Origin: Mesotaenium endlicherianum
Lineage: Eukaryota
NCBI GenBank assembly: GCA_009602735.1
Contig: WELA01001807.1
Span: 1-64,000 of the forward strand
Length of the DNA: 64,000 nucleotides
Reading direction: 5' to 3'
The notes beneath the pieces are model-generated. The model did no database searches. It was not told the DNA's origin and was given only the letters and a program-made list of their open reading frames with translations. The position numbers and the translations under genes were made by a program. Shown here in pieces: positions 23,201 through 34,800 of this stretch (positions are counted from its first letter, which is position 1; each line of letters starts with the position of its first letter).

Positions 23201-26200
23201 TGTCCAGGGCGACTGAAATGACAGTTAGGGAGGTGTGCAGCCGCCCGAAGGTGGAATCGCTTCAACGCCCCTTTGGCATTGATCAGCTGGTCTATAAATT
23301 CCCAAGTGTCTCCAGGGGCATCGCAACCCTTCCATCTGACCAGGTACTTTATGACATATTTAGATGATCGACGGACAGAGTGAGCGTCTAAAATCTCCTC
23401 GACCTCATATTCCTCAGGGTCACCATCCCGGACAGCGGGGACCGGTCCCCGTTGGACAGGTAACCGACCTGTGAACTATGTGTCACCTTTGATGTACGGT
23501 TCCAGGGAGGAGACAGTCAAGATTGGGTGACCCTCGTATTCTGCTGACATGTTCAGTTTGTAAGCATTCTGAACGACACGGCGCACCACCGAATATGGAT
23601 CGACCCAGATCGGTCCAAGCTTTTTCTTGACCACACCTGGTTGGTTCAAGTGTTGAGAATGTAGTTTGACCAAATCGCCCTCAGAGAATGTCAGTTCTCG
23701 ACGGTGTTGATTAGCGTATTTTTGTTGATTTTCTTGGGCTTTGTGCAAATTCTGTTGGACTTTTAACAGGGTGTCGGCAAACTCCTGGGTTAACTGTAGG
23801 GAGACCGGATTGTCAATCCCTTTAGGGTGAGTTAAAGACTCCCATAGTACATCTAAAGGGGACTTAGGGACACTATCCAGGCTCAGTTCAAAAGGAGTTT
23901 TGCCCGATGACGGGTGCACCGCACTCTTGATCGCAAACTGGATTTGAGGCAACAGGTTATCCCAATTGCCTTGTTTTTTGTTAATATATGCTCTTAGCAC
24001 CTCTTGCAGAACTCGGTTAGTTCTTTCAATCTGCCCATCAGTCTAAGGGTGGTTTGCTGTGCTGAGAAGCTGTTTGAATCCCATTAACTTCATTACAGCT
24101 CTCCAGAACTTGGAGATACATTTTGAGTCTCTGTCTGAGATGATATTAGAGGGTGACCCATGTTGGCATACCACATGGTTGTAGAACTGTCTCGCTGTTT
24201 CGAGTGCAGTTACTTTGACAGTTGTGGGGACAAAATGACCATTTTTGTCAATTTATTCACTAGTACCAGTATCGAATCATGCCCATTGGCCGTTCGTGGT
24301 AGTGTTACCACCCACTCCATGGATATTGTTTCCATGCGACCAGCTGGGATGGGCAGTGGTTGTAAGAGACCCCCCGGTGGTGTGTGCCTAGACTTATTTC
24401 TCTGACACTGATCACAGTACTTAACATATTTCAAGACCTCCCAAGGCAACCCATCCCAATGATAATGTTTTGCCAGTTTGCCAACAGTTTTGGCCTGCCC
24501 CAAATGGCCACCTAGAAAACTGTCATGCGCTTGAGTCAGTAAGAGGAACCTTAATTCCAAGTCATTAGGAATGACCAGCTTCAGCCTGCTCGAATTGGTT
24601 TTAGTCACCCAGACCCCTCCTTTAAGCCTATAGCCGAATGCAGTAGCAGGACACACACCATCAGTGGGGCTAGGCTCAAATGTTGGGTCAGAAAGGTAGG
24701 CTTTCCTAAGTTGTTCAAGGAAGGACTTTTTCACCTTTAGTGAAGTGATTGCACAAAAGACTTTATCTACAGCATATTGACTGAAGTTTCTTTATTGCAA
24801 GTCAGGTCTTCTAGAGAGTGCATCAGCAGGATTTAACTTCCCTCGTTTGTAGTCAATCTGGATTTGGAACTGCTCCAGCATCTGGCTCGAGCGATTCTTC
24901 CTCCTCGACAGCTTGGACTTATTCTAAAAGTGAGTTAGAGCTAGATGAACTGTAATCACCTTAAAAGCTTTACCATGTAAGTATGCTCTCCTCTGTTTGA
25001 GCACATGAATGGTAGCACGCAGCTCTTTATCATGCACGAAATAGTTAATTTCAGTTTAGTTGAATATCATAGACTCATACAGCACAGGGTGCCACTCCTG
25101 CCGTGCCTTACCATCCTTTGTGGTTTTGTCAGCAGGCTGCAACAAAATCGCACCCATGGCAAAGTCAGAAGCATCAGTAACCACCTGCCCAGGTTTGCTG
25201 GGGTCATACACGGCTAGAACTGGGGAAGAACAAAGAGCATCTTTAAGGGTTTGGAAGGCAGCCTGCTCTTCCCCACACACATACCCTATGTCTTTCTTAG
25301 TAAGGTCAGTCAGTTTACTGGCCTTTGTAGAATAGTTCTCGATAAATCTCCTATAATAGTTAGCCAACCCAAGGAAGGATCTACCTTCAGAGATATATTG
25401 TGGTACAGGCCAGTCCCTTATGGTCTACACTTTCTTAGGATCCACACTGATGCCTTCTTTACTGACAATGTGGCCTAAGAAATCAAATCTTTCCTTGAAG
25501 AAATTATACTTGCTCAATTTAGCATATAAGTGATTTCTTCTCAGAGTGTCCATGACTGTCTTTAAGTGTTCAGCATGCTGAGCTTCATCTTTAGAGAAAA
25601 TTAAATTATCATCCAAGAAGACATGCACAAAATTATCCAGGTAAGGTCTGGAAATGTCATTTATAGCACCCACGAAGGTTGCGGGAGCATTAGTCAGTCC
25701 AAATGGCATCACATTGAACTCATAGTGTCCATAACGTGTGCGGGAGGCAGTCTTGTGTTCATCCCCTTCAGCAATTCTGATTTGATGATAACCACTCTTG
25801 AGATCTATCTTACTGAACACTTTAGCACCAGACAGGGTATCAAGCAAGTCCTCAATTCTGGATAAAGCATACTTCTTCTTAACTGTAATTCTATTAAGAG
25901 CTCTGTAATCAACACACATCCGCATACTTCCATCCTTTTTGTTAACATACAGGATGGGTGCGCCATAAGGTGATTTATTAGGAGATATATAACCATTTTC
26001 CTCAAACTCTGCAATCTGTGTTTTCAACTCTTCGCTCTCCACATAAGACAAGCCATAAGTGCGTTGCCAGGGTGCTGATAACCAGGTAATACATCAATCC
26101 TGTGATCTACTTCCCTCTTCGGGGTTAATCCTGGAGGCATATTAAAAACATCAGTGTACTGAGCAACAATATTTGCAGCAGTAGGGTGCTCTGAAGGGCT

Positions 26201-26567
26201 TACCTTTTTCTCAACCACTTCTTCAAGTTGAGGAGGTACCTCTCTTAGCAGCAGACAGAACATTTTATCTTCCTTCTGGTTCCAACTTTGGATGAACTCC
26301 ATTGCATTCAGCAATTTGCATCCTCCTGGAAGCCTCTTCTTTTCCTTCATTTGCCATCCATACAGGACAAGAGAAAGAGCACTGGTGGGTGCCAAGTTAG
26401 TCTGCTCATCACTGGCTCCTCTCACTTTAACTGCACCTCTGCTCCAACACACTTCAGCTTGATCTCTATTAAGCCAGGACCTGCCTAGCAGGAGATCATT
26501 AAAGCCAGTGTTGAGTACCTCAAATGAATTGCAATGTCAGAACCTAACTTGACCTCAATAGGCTTGG
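20300..26567 (-). mobile_element. Family B chromovirus copy B1, 5'-truncated (PR end-RT-RH-IN-chromodomain, accessory ORF, 3' LTR)
   Basis: 3' LTR 20300-20991; PPT about 20992-21004; RT FLDD, VVTDASD, integrase HHCC; chromodomain EEYEVEEIL...YLVRWKG...DTWE near 23250-23420. Confidence 0.95.
21440..22850 (-). pseudogene. Accessory ORF3 of family B, unknown function; about 470 codons in one frame, probably continuing toward the PPT
   Basis: ORF-track pieces 22392-22859, 22137-22376 and 21816-22073 share one frame, separated only by single TAG/TAA codons; homologous copy in B2 at 31808-32299. Confidence 0.8.
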
Positions 26568-29500
26568 TGAAAGGGGCAGAGTGCCTTAGTGGAAGCGTAG
26601 TGACACTCGAGGAAAAGAACTAGTTGCAATCATACCAAAGAGTGCAGCGGCATATCATAAGAAAGCTTAGGAAAATTACTCAACATTTTGAGTAGCAAGA
26701 AGCTGCTCACAAATGAACTAGGATGGAAGGCCTTGTCATTACAAACCCGCAGAAATTTACAAAAGTGAAAATATATAAGAAATGAAATAGTATTGTCTAT
26801 TTATTGTTCTCTACGACGGTCGTTCGCCCCTAGGCGAGGAGGCCGCTTAGCAACGAATTTTCTTAAGTGTTTGTCAAATCGTCCCTTCTAGAATATTCGT
26901 GAGAAAGCCATATCAATCTCATTTGACGTATTGGGCCAATTTGACGTCCACATGCATACATCGAAATATCTAGAATAGATGAACTTATACGCGCTAGGCT
27001 AATCTGAAACTTCTCCGTAAATCGACCTAGTCGGCACTCCGCGTCAACCGAACTTACGTGGGTTCGAATTCACTTTAACGGCCCAGATTGCTCGAAGCTG
27101 TCGGTCAATCCAACGGTCGCGCTCACCGCAAATTAAGGACAGTCGTAAACCGACCTCAAAACTAATTAATCTTTGGAAATCCATAACTCTCTCAATACTT
27201 GACCACATTCGATGAACTTTAAATCAAAATAACCACAAAAACAAACTCTACACTACTATGCAATAAAAATATACTTTCATGAAACTCAAAAATGCCCTTT
27301 ATAAACCTATGACCTTACATCATCCCCCTCCTCAAGATGCAACGTCCTCGACGCATTCTGCAAATAACGTCTCAACTTACTCTTACAATGAGTCAAGTTG
27401 GCTTCTGGCTCCCAAGTGTTGTCGTCCGCATGGTAGCCTTTCCACTTGACCAGATAATCTTGAACAAGTCGTTGACCTCGCTTGACTCGTCGATCGCCGA
27501 CAATCGCCTCCACTTCACACTCCAATACATCATCGATCTCAATTGGTGGTGGCGGTGTAGGTAGTCGTCCTGGATGTTTTTCAATTGAGTCAACGTATGG
27601 CCGCAAACAACTGACATGGAACACATCATGGATACGCCAGCCTGAAGGAAGTTCCAACTTGTAGGTCGCTGGATTAACCTGCTTGAGCACCACAAAGGGA
27701 CTTGTAAACCGTGCCCGCAGTTTCCTCTTGCCTGTGAAAGGTAGATTCTCTGTTGATAAGAGTACTTTGTCGCCCACGTGAAATGTCACTTCCCTCCTGT
27801 GCTTGTTGGCATACTTGACCTGATCCTCCTGTGCCTTCCGAATGCACGTCTTCGCCGTGTCCCAAGTCTTGGCCATCTGCTCCATAAACGCTTGTGTAGT
27901 AGGAACCTGACTTTCCTTGGTCTTCTCCAACAAGATGTTCCCTGGATGATATACTTCTCTCCCATAAACCATAGCGAATGGTGACTGTTTGGTCGAACTG
28001 TTGCAGAAACTCCATCCACCTTGCTTGTCTTGGTGTCAACGTTGGCTGCGTCATGAACTTCTCCAAGCTCTTGTGGTCGGTCTTGATGAACACCTTCCGG
28101 CCGTCCTCATAACATCGCCAAATTCTCAAAGCCTGGATAATAGCCAACATCTCCCGCTCGGGTGTTGCATAATTTTGCTCCGTAGGACTCAATTTCCTGC
28201 TCTCATATGCCACAGGTTGCAATCCTTTGCCTTGATCCTGGAGAAGAATGGCTCCCACTGCAAAATTTGATGCGTCCGTGATGATGGTGAAAGGAAGTTC
28301 TGGACTGGCGATTGCCAATACAAGTGCCTGTGTCAACAGCTTCTTAATCTTCTCAAAAGCTTGCTGCTCCTTGTCACCCCATAGCCACTTCTCCTGCTTC
28401 TTCAACATATCCGTGAGCGGTGCACACACCTTGGCAAATCCTTCAATGAAACGTCGATAATAATTCGCCATGTCGAGGAAACTCCTGAGTTGATGAATAT
28501 CAGCAGGCACCGGCCAATCTCTGACTGCTTGCACCTTCTTCTGCTCCACCTTGACTTCTTCAGCCCCCACTATGTGCCCAAGAAACTCGACTTCCTTGAG
28601 ACGCAAGTCGCACTTGCTCATCTTCCCATACAGCTTCTGATCTCTCAAGACCTCAAACACCTTCCTCAGATGCTCCACATGCTCTTCCAAGGTCTTTGAA
28701 TAGATCAGGATGTCGTCCAAAAATACCACCACAAATTGGTCCAAGTAGGGTCTGAAGATACTATTCATGAGTCCCATGAATGTAGCGGGTGCATTAGTCA
28801 ACCCAAAAGGCATGACTGTGAACTCGAACAAACCATAGCGAGTCCTGAAAGCAGTCTTCTGAACGTCTCCTTCCGCATTCCGTACCTGGTGATAGCCACT
28901 TCTCAAATCGATCTTCGAGAAATACTTCGCCCCGACAAGCCTGTCAATTAACTCGTCCACACGTGGAAGTGGGTACCTGTTCTTGATGGTGACCTTGTTC
29001 AGCGCCCGGTAGTCGACACACATCCTCATAGTCCCATCCTTCTTCTTCACAAACAAGACTGGCGCTGCAAATGGAGACTCGCTGGGTCAGATGATCCCCT
29101 TCTCCAATAACTCTGTCAGCTGCTTCTTCAACTCATCCAACTCCGCAAACGATTGACGATAGGCGGGTCTCACTGGTGGCTTGCTCCCTGGTTCCAACTC
29201 GATCTTGTGCTCCATAGCTCTCTGTAAAGGTAATTCTGCAGGTAGCTCCTCAAGAAAAACGCACTTGAACTCCTCCAACAGCGCCTTAATCTGGACAGGC
29301 ATCTCAGCAGGCTTCTTCGCTTGAGAAGTTGGGCTCTGCTCCTTTTGAGCAAGGGGATCAGACACCACTACTTGCTCCTCCGACGATGTACATTCGCCCA
29401 GGCTTATAGAATTCACGCTTGCTTCTTCTGATGACCTGGCCAAGGCCACCAAAACAAGGTACATCTCCTTCACCTGATTCGCCCTGCATAGCTTCTTAAC

Positions 29501-31807
29501 TTGCAGGCTCGACAGAAAACAGTTACTTGTGGTCGTATCTACCTCCACCTGTTTCGCTGTCTCCATCACGCCCTTGGACCTTCACTTGTCCTGTGCTCCA
29601 GTGCACTTGGGGGTTGGCTTTTCTTAGCCATGGTCGGCCCAATATCACCTCATGGTGACCCACCTCTGCCTGCTCCATAACTTCCTTACTTCGGTGCCCC
29701 GCTACTTCCACGTTAAAAGCTTCCGTAGGTGCACCACCCTTGAGTCTCTGCCCATTCGCCAAAACTGCCTCCTTAGGCTCATAATGCTTCTGCACAGGGA
29801 TTCGCCACTCTTTCACCAGCTTCTTGTGCATAAAGGTTGCACTTGCGCCACTGTCGACCATACACTTTGCCTTGTTGCTGTCGACTACTCCTTCCACGAT
29901 GATAGGCTTGTCAACGTCCCGTCTTCTCGGCAGGCTGCTGGGGATAACCTCCTTGTGAGTTCTTGTCTTGACGCCAGTAGACACCCCAGAACGACTTATT
30001 GGCGTCCTCCTTTTTCCTGCTGTTGAGGTTGCTTCGCCTTCACATGACAGTCTCGAGCCAGATGTCCAAGCTTGCCGCAATTATAGCAGGGTCCTCTCGG
30101 CTTGTAATTCTGTTGCCTGCGCTGGTTCTGGACAAGTCCGGACTCCATAGGTACTGGACCTTGAACACTCGTGCTTGGCGCTTGGGATCCAAAGTGTCGA
30201 TATCCTCCAAAGTTGTGGCTGCCCCACTGCCTCTGACTATACTTCACAGCGTTGACCCTTGTCGCCAATGCCATCATTTTTTCAAGACTGGTAGGGTCCT
30301 TGTGCGCCACTTCCATCGCCACAGGTGGCTTGAGTCCCCTCTTGAACTTGTCCATCATCTCCGACTCGTGCATGGATGGACATTGAAGCACCAGCTCGTT
30401 GAAGCGCGATACATACTCCTGAACGCTTCCTCGCTGACGAAGGCGCACCAATAGATCTCGAGCGGTAGCCTCGGGTGCAATAGGTTCAAGCCTTCAAATA
30501 GCTGATCGACAGTAGCTGGAACTCCAGACAGGTGCTCTTTCTGTTCATACCAAGCTCCAGCACTCTTCTGCAGCAAGGTTATGACAAAGGCGACTTGCCT
30601 GTCAGGCGTAAGCGCAGAATTCTCCATAAACTTCTTCACTCCAAAAATCAGCTGATGAACAGGCGGCGATCCACGCTCTCCAGTATAAACTTCAGGCTTA
30701 GGCGCACGCACTCCCGATGCCGGTGGAATAACTGGTTGCACTACAGGATTAACATGAATTGGTGGCACAATAGGTGCAAGTGCCGAACTCGTTGAAACGA
30801 CGTTCCCCAAAACAACTCGCACCACTCCCTCCACCTCCGTGCGCATATTTGGTTGAAATTGGGCGTAGACTTCTCCTCCAATTGCATTTTTCATTTGCCT
30901 TAGCATCGCCGGCATCTCTTGTTGCTCTCTGATCATTGTTGGTGCTGCCTGCTGCCTCGCGCGCTCAACATGCTCAACATGTTCGCCTCCTCCAGCTGCC
31001 GGCTGCAACTGCATAATATAATATGCAAAACTAGCCCAGCTCCAATATCGGATGAAAGGGGCAGAGTGCCCTAGTGGAAGCATAGTAACCCACGAGAAAA
31101 GGAACCAGTTGCAATCATACTAAAGAGTGCAGCGGCATATCACTAAGAAAGCTTAGGAAAGATACTCAACGTTTTGAGTGGCAAGAAAGTGCTCACAAAT
31201 GATGTAGGATGAAAGGCCTTGTCATTACAAACCCGTAGAAATTTACAGAAGTGAAAACTGATAAGAAACAAAGAAGTTATGACTATTTATAGTTTTATAC
31301 GACGACCGCTCGCCCCTAGGCGGGAGGGCCGCTTAGCAACGGATTTCCCCAAGTGTTTGTCAAATTGACCCTTCCAGAACATTTGTGAGAAAGCCAGATC
31401 AGTCTCATCTGACGTGTCGAGCCGATTTGACGTCCACATGCATGCATCGAAATATCTAGAATATACTATCTTAGACGCGCTAGGCTAAATCGAAACTTCT
31501 AGGTAAATCGACCTAGTCGACACTCCGCGTCAGCCGAACTTACGTGAAGGTTCAAATTCACTCTAACGGCCCAGATCGCTCGAAGTTGTCGGTCAATCCG
31601 ACGGTTGCGCTCACCGCAAATTAAGGACAGTCGTCAACCGACCTCAAAACTTATTAAACTTCGAAAATCCATAACTCTCTCAATACTTGACCAAATTCAT
31701 TGAACTTTATATCAAAATGACCACAAAAATGCACTTTGCACTACTATACAATCAAAACATACTGTCATGAAACTCAAAAATGCACTTTCTAAACCTATGA
31801 CCTTACA
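26568..31807 (-). mobile_element. Family A chromovirus copy A2, internally deleted, flanks not matching
   Basis: LTRs 31053-31807 and 26568-27319; degenerate PBS 31039-31050; PPT 27320-27333; gag 31014-29996; pol about 30017-27307 with FLDD and chromodomain but lacking the integrase core; flanks CTTGG vs ACCTT. Confidence 0.95.
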
Positions 31808-34800
31808 ACCTTGGCCTCCCTGACCGTATATCCTACCATCCTGGCATAGGCCTGGTATAGGAGGATCCCTGTGCATGTCAAAGTTTGGGGATGTCTCCCC
31901 CTCCCGCTGTAGAATGTCATTCTGTGACTCACTTTGACTTCTTTGGGCATACTTGAAGGCCTCCTCCAAAAGATTAAAGCCCTTGCCGATTACTGTGTAG
32001 CGGTAGCTCTTGACTCTCCTCTGTTCCTCCTTAGCTTGCTGCTTCCGCCTCTCCTCAGCTAGCCTGTCTTCTTCTGCCTTCTTGGCTTCTTCTGCAGCCT
32101 TTTTGTCATGTTCTTCTTACCTTAGCCTGGCTTATTTGTCCTCATCCTTCTTCTTTTGAGCCTCACGTTACAATCGGATTCGCTTTGATTCCCGAGATGA
32201 GATGGAGGATGATTCGATGTCGCTATGGAACTGCAAGTATTCCGACTGGGCTTCGTCAGCTCATCTGTTCCTCTTGACTTCAGACTTTTGGGTGACCATC
32301 CTGCTCAAACATAACACAATTGAGTTAGTGTAGTCATTATCTCTGCAACAACACCGAGTACTTTGATAGATAAGAACGTAGTAGTGGAAGTTAATGGGTG
32401 TGAGTAAGTGAGTAGAGAAGTGTGCTAAAGAGGAAAGTGAGTGTGAGCGCAGTTTTAGTGTGGAAATTAGTTATGTTAAGGAGATTTGCTGATTCCCAAG
32501 ATGTTATCACACTCCCTCCAACTTAAATTTAAGGTGAGTTGCTTGTCACAACTGTCACTTCGTGTCACTTACTATCACTAATTGTCATTGACTATCACCT
32601 TCCCCTCCAACTTAAATGAAGACTGGAACGCTTGTCACTTTCTCATGTCAACTGAAATAACAGTTGAGGGGGTTTCCCAGCTTCTTGAAGGTAGAAACAT
32701 TTCAACGCCCTTTTGGCATTGGTCAAATGGTCCTTAAATTCACAGGTGTCCCCAGCTGCATCGTAATCCTTCCATCCGTCCAGACGCTTCATGACATATT
32801 TGGACGATCGACAGACAGAGCGTACTTCCAAAATCTCATCCACCTCATACTCCTCAGGGTCACTATCCCTGACAGCCGGGACAGGTCCCGGTTGGACAAG
32901 TAATCGACCTGTGAACAGTGTGTCACCCTTAATGTATGGTTCCAGGATAGAAACATTAAAGACTGGTTGACCCTTATATTCAACTGACATATTCAATTTG
33001 TAAGCATTCTGACCGACTTGGCGGACTAACAAATATGGACCGACCCAAACGGGACCAAGCTTTTTCTTGACCACACCGGGCAGGTACAGGTGTTGAGAAT
33101 GCAGTTTGACCAAATTGCCCTTAGAGAATGTCAGTTCTCGACGGTGTTGATTGGCATATTTTTGTTGGTTTTCTTGGACTTTGTGCAGGTTCTGTTGGAC
33201 TTCTGACAGAGTGTCAGCAAAATCTTGAGTTAACTGGAGAGACATCGGGTTGTCAATCCCCTCGGGATGAGTCAAGGACTCCCTTAGCACATCTAAAGAA
33301 GACTTAGGGACTCTACCTAGATTGACTTCAAAGGGAGTCTTTCCCGTTGACGCATATACCGAACTATTGACTGCAAATTGGATTTAAGGCAACAGGTCAT
33401 TCCAATTATCTTGTTGTTTAATAATGTAAGCCTTCAGCGCTTCTCGAAGAACTCGGTTAATTCTTTCAATCTGACTATCAGTCTGAGGGTCGTTTGCTGT
33501 GCTGAGCAGCTGTTTGACTCCCATTAACTGTGCTCTCTAGAACTTAGAGGTAACTTTTGAGAATATATTTTAGAAAACATTGGAGGGTAGCCCATGTTGG
33601 CATACTACATGGTTGTAGTTATGTCTCGCAGTTTTGAGTGCAGTCACCTTGAAAGTGTTGGGGATGAGAATGACCATGTTTGTCAATTTCTCCACTACTA
33701 CCAATACAGAACCATGCCCATTGGCAGTTCTTGGTAGTGTTGTCACCCAATCCATAGATATTGTTTCCCACTTTCCAGTTGGAATAGGTAGTGGTTGTAA
33801 TAGTCCTTCGGGTGGTGTGTGCCTAGACTTATTTTTCTGACACTGATCACAGGAGTTGACATATTTTAAGACCTCCCGAGGCAACCCTTCCCAGAGGTAA
33901 TACTTTGCCAATTTGCCAACAATTTTGGCCTGCTCCAAATGTCCGCCTAATAAACTGTCATGTGCTTGACTCAATAAGAGTCACCTTATCTCCAAGTTAT
34001 AAGGAATGACCAGCTTCAGCCTGCCTGAAGTAGTTTCAGTTACCTAGACCCCTCCCTTTAGCTTATACCCGAGTGCAGTAGCAGGACACACACCATCAGT
34101 GGGGCTAGGCCAAATGTTGGGTCAGAAAGGTAGGCTTTCCTAAGTTGTTCAAGAAAGGTCTTTTTCACCATTAGTGAAGTGAGTGTACTAGAACTTTATC
34201 TACCGTATGCTGACTAAAGTTTTTTTTTCTGCAAGTCGGGTCTTCTAGAGAGTGCATCAGCAGGATTCAACTTTCCTTGGTTTGTAGTCAATCTGGACTT
34301 GGAACTGCTCCAGCATCTGGCTCCAGCGGTTCTCTCTCCTCAACAGCTTGGACTTCTTCTGAAAGTGAGTTAGAGCTAGATGATATGTAATCACCTTAAC
34401 AGCTTCACCATGTAAGTATGTTCTCCACTGTTTGAGAACATGAATGATAGCCAGCAGCTCTGTATCATGCACTGAATAATTAATCTCAGTTGGATTGAAT
34501 TTCATAGACTCGTACAGCACAGGGAGTCAATCCTGCTTTATCATACCATTTTTTGCGATTTTGTCAGCAAGCTGCAACAAAATAGCACCCATGGCAAAGT
34601 CAGAAGCATCGGTAACCATTTGCACAGGTTTGCTGGGGTCATACACAGCCAGGACTGTGGCAAAACAGAGAGCATCCTTAAGGGTCTCCAAGGCAGCTTG
34701 CTGCTCTTACCCCCACACATACCCTATGTCCTTCTTAGTAAGGTCAGTTAGTTTAATGACCTTAGTGGAATAATTCTCAATAAATCTCCTATAGTAGTTA

